DNA from: an uncultured Acidimicrobiia bacterium
Lineage (GTDB): Bacteria; Acidobacteriota; Terriglobia; Versatilivoradales; Versatilivoraceae
Length of the DNA: 64,000 nucleotides
Reading direction: 5' to 3'
Assembly: GCA_963786955.1 (NCBI GenBank)
Contig: CAWBAT010000003.1
Span: 288,001-352,000, forward strand
The notes below the pieces were generated by a model. That model was not told where the DNA came from, did not search any database, and was given only the letters and a program-made list of their open reading frames with translations. This document shows, one piece after another, positions 43,904 to 55,000 of this stretch (position 1 is the stretch's first letter; every line of letters starts with the position of its first letter). The position numbers were made by a program, and so were the translations under genes.

Positions 43904-44070
43904 AGGGTCAGGGATCTGCAGTTCTCCAGGAGCGTTTCGAAAGGCTGTCCTGCATTTTAAATAGATTCGTTCTCTTGAAAGGCCTGATCCTATACCGAAT
44001 GGAAATCGAAATGAAGAACTGTTTCTGTCAGAAAAGAGGAGGTTTTTGTCAGTTTGGGCCTAGAGTTCTT

Positions 44071-44874
44071 CTACTGTGAATTCATATTCCAAATCTCCTC
44101 GTCGGTATAGAGCGGGATTGGGCGGAGCGAAAGCCCTCCGTCCACCACGATGTCGGAGCCGGTTGTATAACTGCTCAGACGATCTGAAAGCAGCAATACC
44201 GCCGCGGCCCCAATTTCTCTTGTGTCACCAAAACGGCGGAGAGGGATTTGAGATTTCAGAGTGGCCTCAATGTGAGGGGCGATGCCCGAAGTCAACCGAG
44301 TCGGGTAATGACCCGGAGTGATCTGATTGACCCGGATTCCAAACGGGGCGAGCTCAATCGCGAGAGTTTCCATATACATCTTTAGGCCCATTTTTGAGAT
44401 TCGATAAATGGACTCCCGGTAGCTTGGACAAAATCTTACCGTGGAATTGACGATCAGGATGCTTCCAGACCGTCTCGGAATTAAGTGACGACTGACTTCT
44501 CGGCAAGCCCACACACAGGAAGCCAAATTGGTATTGATCGTCAGATAAAAGGCTTCTTCCGTAATCTCAGTTGCGGGCTGGTGTCGTGCTATGGCCGCAT
44601 TGTTTACGAACAAGTCCAGTTCCCCCAGCAACTCGATCGCCTGGCGCACCATCTCCACAGCCTGGGATGGGTCACTGACATCGGCCTGAATAAAAACTGC
44701 CTTGCCGCTCAACTTCTGGAGCTCTGCCATCGCGTCAGGCGCCGGATCGAGTGCTGCTACCGCCAACTGGACTCCTTCTTCCGCAAGCGCTCTGGCAATA
44801 CCCAATCCAATTCCCATGTTGCCACCTGTGATCAAACATTTCTTGCCTCTCAATTCGGGGTCCATATTTTCCAC
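44071..44874 (-). CDS. SDR family oxidoreductase
   Basis: TGGNMGIG, NNA, YRISK, VDGG. Confidence 0.92.
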   Translation of the reverse strand: MENMDPELRGKKCLITGGNMGIGLGIARALAEEGVQLAVAALDPAPDAMAELQKLSGKAVFIQADVSDPSQAVEMVRQAIELLGELDLFVNNAAIARHQPATEITEEAFYLTINTNLASCVWACREVSRHLIPRRSGSILIVNSTVRFCPSYRESIYRISKMGLKMYMETLAIELAPFGIRVNQITPGHYPTRLTSGIAPHIEATLKSQIPLRRFGDTREIGAAAVLLLSDRLSSYTTGSDIVVDGGLSLRPIPLYTDEEIWNMNSQ

Positions 44875-44945
44875 CCTTCGTTCAATTCGGCAACGCGGAT
44901 CTGGTAGAGAGAATCAACCGGTGCGGCGATTTCTTGCGACGACTC

Positions 44946-45052
44946 TAGTATTAAGTTGAGGAAGTCGGTGTTGTAGCTGGCCCCGCTGGGGCCGGCCGGG
45001 GTCAACGTCCCCGGCTACAGCAATTACCGCAAATTTGTGCAACTCAGCACCA
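44946..45052. repeat. REP-containing MITE-like unit (inverted relative of 47429-47548)
   Basis: gccggggtcaacgtccccggctac core with imperfect terminal IR. Confidence 0.6.
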
Positions 45053-45121
45053 AAGCAAAAGTAAAATAGTAGTTAATCTGGCATAACAAGCAAAAGGCGT
45101 CAAGCGCATGGACAGTCTGTG

Positions 45122-45291
45122 CGTAATGCGTTAGTTACGGGGGGAAATCTGTAAGGGCAAGGCATTCGGTGACGATTTGAGATTGTCGCTTCTGTAGAGG
45201 CTGAGTGGGTAGGGACGGACCGCCGGGCCGTCCGCGGCGCGCTCGGCGAGCGCGCCCTACCAGAAATTCCCCCGATAACTAACGCATTACG
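45122..45291. mobile_element. MITE-like element with ~30-bp terminal IRs
   Basis: cgtaatgcgttagttacggggggaaatctg / cagaaattcccccgataactaacgcattacg with an internal GTAG REP doublet. Confidence 0.7.
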
Positions 45292-45373
45292 TCTCTGTTG
45301 GGCTCAAGTTTGCCAGTGGTCGAGTCGCCCTTCGGGCTGTGTCTATTGAAACGCGGCCGTTCCAGTTAAACGC

Positions 45374-45402
45374 TTGACCGGGATTTTGTCGCTGGATACA
45401 AT
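45374..45402 (+). promoter_or_regulatory. Sigma70-type promoter
   Basis: TTGACC-17 bp-TACAAT, about 80 bp upstream of the ADH gene. Confidence 0.6.
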
Positions 45403-45479
45403 TGCCGACATTGAAAGAGAGCACCCGATCCCCACGCTCGACTTGATTACCAAAGAGCTGAATTCAGAGGTTTGAGGGC

Positions 45480-46506
45480 ATGAAGGCCGCAGTAATGCAT
45501 TCTGTGAAAGCTCCTTTGGTCATCGAGGACGTTCCTGTGCCTAAAATTGGCCCCAGGGAAGTCTTGGTGGAAACCCGCACCAGCGGGATTTGTGGAACCG
45601 ACCTGCATATTCTGGAAGGACACGGTTACGTCCCCCAGTTGCCTCATATCCTCGGGCATGAGCCCGCAGGAGTGGTCGCCGAAATCGGCAGCGAAGTCAG
45701 TGGATTTCAACTTGGCGATCGCGTTGTCCCCCATCTTTTCTTCAGTTGTGATCGTTGTTACTTCTGCCGGGTTGGCCGTCACCAGCAGTGTGTCGAACTG
45801 AAAGGGATTCTGGGTGTGCTCTGTAATGGAGCGTTTGCCGAGTTTTTTAAAGTGCCCGCCGCAAATCTGTTTCATCTTCCAGCGGAAGTGCCTTTCGATG
45901 CGGGTGGGTTAGCGGCGGATGCTGTGGTGACTGGACTTCATGCCGTGAAGCGAGCGAATCCCTTGGTTGGGACGTCCGCACTGGTCTACGGCGCAGGAGG
46001 CGTCGGGCAAATCTTAATTCAACTCCTTGGCGCCGGAGGAGTCCGGGTGGTGGCCATAGACCGGTCTCTCGAAAAACTGCAGCTAGCCAAAGATATGGGG
46101 GCGGCTCTCGCTCTGGATGTTCATGATGAAAAAACGGGCCTGACGATTCAGGAGTTCAGTGGCAGCTCCGGGGTGCAGTGTGCTTTTGATTGTGTAGGGA
46201 CTGCTCAATCGATGAGAGATTGCGCTCGCTCATGTCATGAAGGGGGGACGCATCGTAGTTATCGGCGAAGAGCCAGAATTTCCAGGCATTGAAACAACGG
46301 AGATTGCTCAGCGCGAACTGGAAATCATTGGCTCGCGAAACGGGACCAGGCAAGACATGGTTGAAGTCCTTGCGTTGCTGAAATCCGGTATCATCAAACC
46401 CTATGTGGCTGCTCGATTTCGTTTGCAGGAGATCAACACGGCGTTTGAATTTATGCGGTACCCAATCCTTGGGTCGAGTGGTGGTTGTTGTAAAAGAGTA
46501 ATTTGA
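45480..46506 (+). CDS. Zn-dependent alcohol dehydrogenase (frameshift ~46230)
   Basis: ICGTDLH, GHE, C-C-C-C structural Zn site, GAGGVG. Confidence 0.9.
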
Positions 46507-46548
46507 AGCGTTATGCCATTGTGATGAATTTAATGAGGTGAACAAGAG

Positions 46549-47421
46549 ATGGAAAAGTTAGTCATTACCATAACCTGCGATTCCACCATGTCATATCCGC
46601 GGAATCCGTATAACCCGAATGGAGTGGAGGCTCTGGCCGAAGAATACGTTCGATCCGTCAATGTCGGAGCTGCAATCTGCCATCTCCACGGCCCTTATTT
46701 CCTGGATGAAAAGATTCGCCCGGATGGAACCAAATTGTCAGATCTCGACTTGCCGGGGTGGCAGCGCTTAAAGGATCTGATTACGAACCGGTGCAAGCCG
46801 GTGATTCAGTATGGAATCGCGAATGGACGCTTCCCCCAACGTGTCGAGCTGATGAAGCAGAGACCCGACATGATGTCGATTTGTTTCAACGCTCATGACG
46901 AATGTTTTCAGCCGGATCCTAAATATCCTCCCGTGGAGCTTTACGGAATCCATGACCGCGAAGAGCTTGAGAAGTATTGCCGGTTTACCCGGGAAAATGG
47001 TGTGAAGCCGGAAGTTGAATCGTTTCATTACGGCGGGATTTGGAACGCACGCCGCTTTATCGACATGGGCCTTTTGGATACACCAGTTTGGACCACTTTT
47101 TTCCTGGGTTGGCCGGGAGGTTGCTGGACGCCCCCAACGGTTGAGGCCATGCAGTATATGCATCATCACAAGCCGGCGGACTTTAACTACAGCGTGAGTG
47201 TCATGGATCCTCCGACGCAGTGGCAGGTGCTGACCCAGTCCATTCTGCTAGGCGGACATGTCCGCGTGGGAATGGAAGACAACCCTTATTTGGACCTCAA
47301 GGGGACTCTGGCAAAAAGCAATGCCGAGCTAGTTGAGAAGATCGTACGGATCTCCAGGGAATTGGGCCGCGACATCGCTTCACCGGAGGAAGCGCGAAAG
47401 ATTACAGGTTTGACCGTTTAG
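46549..47421 (+). CDS. Beta-keto acid cleavage enzyme family (BKACE/DUF849)
   Basis: GAAICHLH, KPEVE, GGHVRVGMEDN, SNAELV. Confidence 0.9.
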   Translation: MEKLVITITCDSTMSYPRNPYNPNGVEALAEEYVRSVNVGAAICHLHGPYFLDEKIRPDGTKLSDLDLPGWQRLKDLITNRCKPVIQYGIANGRFPQRVELMKQRPDMMSICFNAHDECFQPDPKYPPVELYGIHDREELEKYCRFTRENGVKPEVESFHYGGIWNARRFIDMGLLDTPVWTTFFLGWPGGCWTPPTVEAMQYMHHHKPADFNYSVSVMDPPTQWQVLTQSILLGGHVRVGMEDNPYLDLKGTLAKSNAELVEKIVRISRELGRDIASPEEARKITGLTV

Positions 47422-47428
47422 TCCGCGC

Positions 47429-47633
47429 TGGTGTTAAGTGTCACAAATTCGTAGTAATTGTTGTAGCCGGGGTCGTTGACCCCGGCCAGGGCCGGCCTCA
47501 TCGAGGCCGGCTACAGCTAAGAATGATTCTCGAGGTTTCACAGCACATGGTAGGGCGGTCTCGTTGAGACCGCCGCAAACGTTCGTTGTAGCCGGGGTCG
47601 TTGACCCCGGCCAGGGACGGCCTCATCGAGGCC
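47429..47633. repeat. REP cluster
   Basis: gtagccggggtcgttgaccccggc twice, plus gtagggcggtctcgttgagaccgcc. Confidence 0.7.
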
Positions 47634-47838
47634 GTGGTTGGACGGGAGAAGGCGGGCACCTTGGTAGATCGCCTTCTTGGCGTCCTTGGCGTTTCGTTCT
47701 TCCGTTCACCGGGGAAGCGAGAAAGTTAGCGCTTATAGGTCAACGGCCCCGGCCGACCCCAGTGGCGCATAACAAAAATCCCTTACTAACTATGCAGTTT
47801 CTGAACCAGCAATGGTCTTGATGTGACAAGGAGATTCA

Positions 47839-48612
47839 ATGCAGCGGAACACGGTAAAGGAAAATTTAAAGAAAGGTTTATCTGTTTTTGGGACGTCCCT
47901 GACAGACTGCAGGGATCCAGAGTTTGCGACGTTACTGCATGCCGCCGGATTGGATTTCTTCTTTGTGGATATGGAACATTCTCCAACCACCTACAGTGAG
48001 ATCCAGGGACTCTGCCGGGCTGGGCGGGCTGCGGGCATTCTTCCCATGGTGCGTGTTCCGCAAAACGAGTCTTTCTTGATCACTCGAGCGCTGGATGTAG
48101 GCGCCATGGGTTTGGTGGTGCCACGAGTTCACTCTCCCGCGGAGGCTCGCTCGGCAGTTGGATACATGAAGTACATGCCCGTGGGCAGGCGTGGTTTCGG
48201 GATGCGCAGCATCATAACCGATTACCAGTGGACCAATGCTCGTGAGGAAATGGATTCAGCCAACCAGGAGACCATGGCTGTACTGCAAATCGAAAGCAAA
48301 GAAGGCTTGGAATCCGTTGAAGAGATCGCCGCGATTCCAGGGGTGGATGCACTGATGATCGGGCCCTATGACCTGACCATCTCGATGGGCATCGCTGAGG
48401 AGTTCCGCAACCCGGTTTTTTGGAAGGCGGTAGATCGCGTCATTCAAGCGTGTAACCAAGCTGGCATAGCGGCCGGTGTTCAATTTGGAAGTATGGAGTT
48501 CTTACGCGAATGTCAAAAGCGCGGCGTCCGGTTCTTGCTCTATTCCAATGACGTGACGGTGTTGCTCGAAGGTTACAGGCAAGCCATGGCTTTGTTGAGA
48601 CAGGGATTTTGA
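47839..48612 (+). CDS. HpcH/HpaI family aldolase
   Basis: DMEH, MVRVP, ALDVGA, QIES, IGPYDL. Confidence 0.9.
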   Translation: MQRNTVKENLKKGLSVFGTSLTDCRDPEFATLLHAAGLDFFFVDMEHSPTTYSEIQGLCRAGRAAGILPMVRVPQNESFLITRALDVGAMGLVVPRVHSPAEARSAVGYMKYMPVGRRGFGMRSIITDYQWTNAREEMDSANQETMAVLQIESKEGLESVEEIAAIPGVDALMIGPYDLTISMGIAEEFRNPVFWKAVDRVIQACNQAGIAAGVQFGSMEFLRECQKRGVRFLLYSNDVTVLLEGYRQAMALLRQGF

Positions 48613-48663
48613 TCTTTTGAGGTTTTCATCAAGAAACCCGTTGTAGTCGATAGTGATTTTTAA

Positions 48664-48848
48664 GTAGCGGACCTGAGTCCCCCTTTGAAGGGATTCCGCT
48701 CGGGCGGGGATGTAAAGGGTCTGCGGCTTTTTGTGGTGGCCGGAAACGAACTGCCGCAGAGGCGGAAAGCGCCTCTGCGCTACCGCACAGTCCCCCTTTG
48801 AAGGGGGTGCCGCATTGCGGCAGGGGATGTAAAGGATCTGCGGCTTTT
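48664..48848. repeat. REP cluster with a ~55-bp direct repeat
   Basis: agtccccctttgaaggg...ggggatgtaaagg.tctgcggcttt occurs twice. Confidence 0.65.
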
Positions 48849-48853
48849 AGCTT

Positions 48854-49651
48854 GTGGTCGGGAGAACGCCGAAACTATTGAGCACTGAGCGCAGTATCCT
48901 ATTTAGCTTTGCGCATCCAGACGACGAGAGTTTTCTCGTTGCAGGAATAGCTTGCAAATACGCTAGCCAGGGAGCGCGCCTGTCTCTATCTATGGCCACT
49001 CTAGGCCAGGCTGGCAAAACCGGCAATCCTCCCGTCTGCGCCGCAGCTGAACTGCCCAGAGTCAGAGAGGCAGAGCTGCATAAGGCAGTTAGTATCCTTG
49101 GCATCTCGCATCTGCGCTTGTTGGGTTATCAAGACAAAGAATTGGCTGCAGCGCACCCCGAAGAAATCCGCCGTAAGTTGGTGCACGAGATCCGGCTGCA
49201 TCAGCCTCAAATTGTCATAACCTTTGATCCGAACGGGGCGAACCTGCATCCGGACCACATCGCCGTCAGTCGTTTTACGATGGATGCCTGCTCGGCGGCC
49301 GCTGACCCGCGCTGGTTCCCGGAAGAAGGGAATGCACACCAGGTAGCGCGGGTTCTCTGGACTCCCCCCGTTTATTTCTGGGAGGTTCTGCGGTCTGGCA
49401 AGGCGGCTGAGAAACCTGGCATCGACTTTTTGATTGACATCCAACCCTGGACGCAACGTAAAACAGAGGCGCTGCGAGCCCACCGCAGTCAGCATCTGTC
49501 TATCAATCGAATCTTCTTTAACTCCACAGACACCAACCTGTTGCTGAGTGCGGAAATCTTTCGGCAAGCCTGGGGGCCGCCACTTTCCCAGAGACCATTG
49601 GATGACCTGTTTGCTGGTATCGAGACGAACCAGTCGATACACGCCGTCTGA
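48854..49651 (+). CDS. PIG-L family deacetylase
   Basis: AHPDDE, REAEL, HPDH, HRSQ. Confidence 0.9.
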   Translation: MVGRTPKLLSTERSILFSFAHPDDESFLVAGIACKYASQGARLSLSMATLGQAGKTGNPPVCAAAELPRVREAELHKAVSILGISHLRLLGYQDKELAAAHPEEIRRKLVHEIRLHQPQIVITFDPNGANLHPDHIAVSRFTMDACSAAADPRWFPEEGNAHQVARVLWTPPVYFWEVLRSGKAAEKPGIDFLIDIQPWTQRKTEALRAHRSQHLSINRIFFNSTDTNLLLSAEIFRQAWGPPLSQRPLDDLFAGIETNQSIHAV

Positions 49652-49746
49652 GCCCACAATCATTGAGCTGCATTCGGCATGGAGAAATTGAGTCCTAGCC
49701 GCTCGATCTTCGGTTTTCCTCGCAAATAATTCGGGATCGTCGGATC

Positions 49747-50124
49747 TTATTTGTTCAAGCTGCTGCCCGTCAGGGTTTTGAGAAAGGCACGCAGGGCATT
49801 CTTTTCCTCTGCTATAAGGGAGAGGGGACCGATGTCGGGGTCGAGTTCAGGATTAGAATTTTCGCCGCCATCATAGAAATTCAGCACCTCTTCCAGACTC
49901 TTGAAGCTGCCGTCGTGCATGTAGGGCGCTGTCAGTTTGATATCGCGCAGCGCGCCGTTCCGCGGCTGATGGCAATCCGAACAGGCCAGGCTTTTGTCGG
50001 ACGAAAGCCGTTTGTCGAAATAGAGCTTCCGCCCCAGCGCGACCTTTTCTTCTGTCAAAGGATTCTCCGTTGGAGCCAGCAAACCGCAGTCGAGGCCGAG
50101 AGGGATTTGGATCACGAGAAACAA
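49747..50124 (-). pseudogene. Cytochrome c peroxidase/MauG-like gene with an internal deletion
   Basis: LGRKLYFDKRLS..CSDCH fused directly to LRDIKLTAPYMHDGS; the second haem motif is missing. Confidence 0.75.
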
Positions 50125-50413
50125 GACGATCGCATCTATTTATGGATAGCTTCGCCTTGCGCCAGCGTCTTCTGTCACGACGAGCCCAGGTAGTCACGAT
50201 CACGAGTTTTTTCCGTGATCGTGGGCTTTTTGGCTCGAGTAGAGGAACCTTGTGAAGCTCAAAACGGCAGTTGAAACCCAGACACAGAGAGAGAGCGGCC
50301 GGCATGCCCCAATCTGTTGACTTGCTCTCTCATTATTTATTTTTTAAGGGATGACACTTTTCCCCTGTGTCAAGCGTTCTTGGCTTGGTCCCCTTGAGAA
50401 TTTTATTGCTTTG

Positions 50414-50764
50414 TTACCGCTTGCGCACACCGCGGTCTGAGACCACGAACAGGTGCCCGGATAAGTCGCTCTCTAAGAGCAGTGGCAAATGCTGGAGAAC
50501 AAATGAGAGTACAATGTTTCTGCCACTGCTGGGAGGTCGAAATAGAATGATCCCAGAATACCGGGCTGGGGGGAAAGACTGGATGTTTGCAACACCTTTA
50601 TCCAGGGTCAGAAAGGTCCGCTTTTCTTTCAGTGCTTCTGCCAGGACAGTCGAATCAGGTGCTCCAGTAAGCCCTTCATCCTGAACCGTGTCAGCTTCGT
50701 AGCCTAAAGAACGAAGCTGTGATGCAATTTCCGAGGGCAGATTCTCATCAATCTTGAACTTCAT
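50414..50764 (-). CDS. DUF5615 PIN-like toxin
   Basis: MKFKIDENL, LTLDK, overlapping the antitoxin stop. Confidence 0.85.
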   Translation of the reverse strand: MKFKIDENLPSEIASQLRSLGYEADTVQDEGLTGAPDSTVLAEALKEKRTFLTLDKGVANIQSFPPARYSGIILFRPPSSGRNIVLSFVLQHLPLLLESDLSGHLFVVSDRGVRKR

Positions 50765-50997
50765 TCGGCACGCAGAGGGAGCAGACTTTCTTCATGGGCC
50801 AGTTCAGCCGCATAGGCAATGGCCGCGTCAATGTGCTCTGGCCGAAGGGAAGGGTAGCTCTTAAGAATTTCCTCGCGCGTTGCCCCTTCAGCCATGCTAT
50901 CGAGGATGTTCGTGACCAGCACCCGAGTGCCCCTGGCACAAAGCTGTCCGCTGCAAATAACCGGATTACTCACGAGGTAATCTCGCCATTGAATCAT
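50761..50997 (-). CDS. DUF433 antitoxin
   Basis: GTRV.V..IL..EEIL..YPSL..I.AAIAYA. Confidence 0.9.
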   Translation of the reverse strand: MIQWRDYLVSNPVICSGQLCARGTRVLVTNILDSMAEGATREEILKSYPSLRPEHIDAAIAYAAELAHEESLLPLRAE

Positions 50998-51389
50998 GCG
51001 AACCCTCCGATTTCTTCGCCTTTCTTCGTTTCCCGCCGATTAAACCCCACAAATATAAACTCGAAAAACTCCAATCGTCGTACTACTCAAACCTGTATCA
51101 TATCTCGATGCTCCTTAAGCCGCATCAACATTTCTTTCTAGTCCCGCCCCATAGTTTCTCGCTCGTGCTCAGGCGGTTCAGACGAAGGCCTATCAGGCCT
51201 TGTACTGGATGGTGGGGTTGATGGTGTATCCAGAGCAGCGCCCGTTGAGTGGCGTACCGAATTAAACGATCTATCGTCATAGTCACTCAATGAATAGATA
51301 TTACTTTTTCCCGTGGTTTTCTAAGGAGTTGCATAGTCCCGTAGCGAAGAGGCAGATTGCGCCTCTCTGGCATTTGTGAAAACCGCGGC

Positions 51390-51700
51390 TGTAGCCGGCC
51401 TCGGTGAGGCTCTGGCTTGCAGGCAAATACATCGAGAAGTTTGGTTGAGCCTACAGGTCGCTCCTCTGGAGCTTTCAAGACCGATGGCCCCTGCTTACTT
51501 ACTATATACCGGAGGCTCCTAACGGAGCCAACGGCTTGTTGAAAGGTTGAAGGTGGCGAAAATTTCGTCGATGATAAAGCCGCGGAGCGGCGATCTGTGT
51601 ATAGAACCTGATGTTCGTTAAAGAACAGAGCTCCGTCAGGAGCGACCTGTATGTAGTATCCGGCGACGATCGGTCCCGAGAGCTCCAGAGGAGCGACCCG
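51390..51700. repeat. REP cluster (agctcc...ggagcgacc class)
   Basis: Copies at ~51455 (inverted), ~51630 and ~51680. Confidence 0.6.
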
Positions 51701-51804
51701 TGAGTACGGATCCCGCTTTTCGATGCATATCGGGCAAACTAGAATCTTGGAAGCCACGATCAATGCGCTTTTGGCATTGGTCGTAGTTTTTTTCAAGTGC
51801 CGCC

Positions 51805-51839
51805 AAAAGCCCCCGGTCAGCGTCTATCGCTGACCGGGG
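51805..51839 (-). terminator. Intrinsic terminator
   Basis: 12-bp GC stem ccccggtcagcg / cgctgaccgggg followed by TTTT on the minus strand. Confidence 0.7.
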
Positions 51840-52084
51840 ATAATTGAATGGGGGTCATGACTACTTCGTCTTGTGAATCACGATGCTCCCTCCAGAGATA
51901 GCTTGCGGCTCTGCCGTGTTGAGGTCAGTGGACTGGCCGCGCTGGTTGTCGTAAACGACCTTGCCGTAGTTAGGAGAAGAGGGATCGATGTCGGAAATCT
52001 TGATACGGAACAAGGAATTGGTTCTGCAAACATCGGCTTCGCCACTGAAATCTTAAGCGTTATATGCATTTGTGTTACCAATCT

Positions 52085-55000
52085 CTACTTGGTCGTTCCA
52101 CTCAAGTCTACGGTTTGCGGGCTCCCGCCCCCGTCATCTTCAAATGCTAAGGTAGCGCTCTTGGCCCCAGTGGATGTGGGAAGAAGCGTCAAGGTCACGA
52201 TACAACCTGATCCTGGAACCAGCGTTGCAGGGCAGTTGTTCGACTGCGAGAACTCGGCCGCATTGATCCCAGTAATTGATATATTTGCCAGGTTAACCGG
52301 GACACTGCCGCTCACATTGGTGACGGTGAGGATTTTCTGTTTGCTATTGCCAATTGAAACACTTCCGAAGTTGAGCTTGCTGTTGGACAGCTGGACAATC
52401 GTGCCGGTACCGGTCAATGAAACGGTCTGTGTTCCCACATTGTCGATGATAACCAGTGAACCGGTTCGCGTGTTTGGTGCGGTCGGGCTGAAGACAACAT
52501 TTGCCACACAACTGGCGCTTACGGCAAGGGTGGTGCCACAGTTATGACTCACGGCAAAGTCACCGGTCGTTGTGATGCTTAGGGTGTCTGGGATGCTTCC
52601 TTTGTTCTGGAGCGTGACTTTCTGGAGGGCACTGGTAGTTCCAACAACCTGCGCGGTAGTGAAGTCCAGACTCAGCGGAGAGACACTGAGTTGCTGGCCA
52701 ACCCCGCTCAAGCCGATCGTGTGAGGACTACCAAACGCACTGTCCACAATGCTGATTACGGCCGTGCGGGGCCCGGTAGCTGCAGGACGGAAGGTGACCG
52801 TGAAGGTACAACTGGCGGTGGGTGATAATGATGCGCTACAAGTGGTGGATTGTGCAAAATCCGAGGCGTTGGTTCCCCCCAGCGTGATGCTGCTGAAGGT
52901 GAGCGTAGCCGTACCGGAGTTGGTCAGCGTCAAGGTCTGAGCGACGCTGGTCTTGGTCACGAGTTGATATCCAAAATCTAGGCTATTAGCGGAAAGGCTG
53001 ACGAGGGGAGCAATGCCGTTCCCTGACAAAGAGACGTTGTGCGGGCTTCCGGCAGCGTTACTGATGATAGCTAGCGCCCCAGCCCGCGTCCCCATGGCTG
53101 TCGGAGTAAACGTGACATTGATGCTGCAATTGGCCCCCGCTGCCAGTGTGGCTGGACTTATTGGGCAATTGCTAGTACGGGCAAAGTCGCCGCTGGGGGT
53201 GATGCCCATAATGCTCAGTGGAGCGTTGCCTGTGTTGGATAATGTCACCACCTGAGCGCCACTCGAAATCCGACTAACTGATCTGCAAATGTGATCGCAC
53301 CGGGTGAAAGGCCAACAACAGGAGCTGAAGCCGCTTGAGTCGTGGCGGAGATTTCAGCGGAATATTCGCTGATCACCGTGTTTTGGTTGTTGCTATTCGG
53401 ATCGGTGATGGTTCGAACCAGAAAGTAATAGACGGTGCCATCGTTGAGCCCATTGACGGTCAGTCCGCTGGCCGATTTGTTCGAGGTCGATCCCGCGGTG
53501 GTGTATGGCCCGCTGCTGGTGGTACTTTTTAGCACCTCATAACGACCGGCATCGCCGATGTAGATGATAGGGGTCCAGGATGAGCGACCAATGAGGTCGT
53601 GGGCGATCCGGCCGCAACTTCTGCCGGCGCGACGGTCTGGGTGCTCTGCCAGTCGCCACCGCTCTGCTTCGAGTCCAAAAATGCCGACAGCCCAGCGTCA
53701 TTGCTGTACAGCGCGTTCCAACGAAACTCGAGACCGCTCAAAGCCGTTAGATTACTGAGCGACGCCGGGATGTTACCGCTGAGTTGGTTGGAATTGAGGT
53801 AGAGGATCTCAAGGCTGGCCAGGTTGCCGATTTGGGATGGGATATTCCCTGTGAGTTGGTTATGGGTGAGTCCCAAATGTTTGAGATGCGACAGATTGCC
53901 CAAACTGGCCGGAATGGCGCCGCTCAGATGGTTGCCGCTGAGAAAGAGGCTCTGCAGCTGGGCCAAGCCGCCTAATTGCGAGGGAATTGTCCCGGTCAAC
54001 TGGTTAGTCGACAGGTTTAAGAGCGTGAGGCTCGAAAGATTGCCCACGCTTGTAGGTATATTGCCGTTGAGCTGGTTTTGCCGGAGTTCAAGGATCTGCA
54101 AGCTGCCAAGGCTGCCGAGTTCAGAAGGAATCGTCCCTGTGAGCTGGTTGTTAGACAGATCCAACCTTGTAACATTCAACAGATTTCAATCCACAACAGG
54201 AACGGTGCCACTCAGCTGGTTGCTTTCGAGCCAGAGGATTCGCAGTTGTGCAAGATTGCTGAGTTGAGATGGAATTGTTCCGCCAAGTGGGTTGTTTAAG
54301 AGGAGAAGGCTCTGCAATTGGGCAAGATTCCCAAGTTCTCCGGGGATATTGCCGGTGAGTTGGTTAAGGGACAAATTCAGGCTTGTCAGATTCGACAGAC
54401 TACCGAGGCTGGCTGGAATGCTTCCGCTCAACTGGTTCCCGTTTAAGGAAAGAGACTGCAGGCTGCCAAGAGTACCAACAGACGGAGGGATTGATCCGTT
54501 CAACCCAGGTTCCCCAAGCTCAGCCGAGTTACGGCTGTCTGACCGGCGTTGCACACAACTCCAAACCACGTGCATTCGGTTCCTGGCACTCCCAGCCAGT
54601 TAGTCTTGTTAGTCCAGTTCGCTCCACTGGTGCTGTTGTAAAGGTCGATGAGGGCTTGGCGTTCCGGTGAAGAGATGACAATGATGCCATTGCCGCTTAA
54701 GCCAACCGTGTGCGGGCTGCCTGAGGCGTTACTGCTGATGGTTAGAGTTCCCGTGCGTGCGCCGATGACCGTGGGGCTGAACGTAACATCAATCGTGCAA
54801 CTGGTCTCGGCAGCAAGAGTGGCCGGGCTGATCGGGCAGTTCGTCGTCCGGGCGAAATCTCCGCTGGTCGCTATGCTCGCAATAGGCAACGGCGCTGTGC
54901 TTGTGTTTGACAGCGTCACCGTTTGCCCAGGGCTGGCGAGCCAACCGGCAGGTCCAGAAATGTCAGGCTCGTGGGTGAAACACTCGCCGTGGGCAGAAGT

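Noticed and set aside
47429-48848. CRISPR array in the repeat clusters
   Set aside because: Only two or three irregular palindromic copies, no regular spacers and no cas genes.
51287-51796. 169-aa ORF
   Set aside because: It runs through a REP cluster and has no protein-like motifs.
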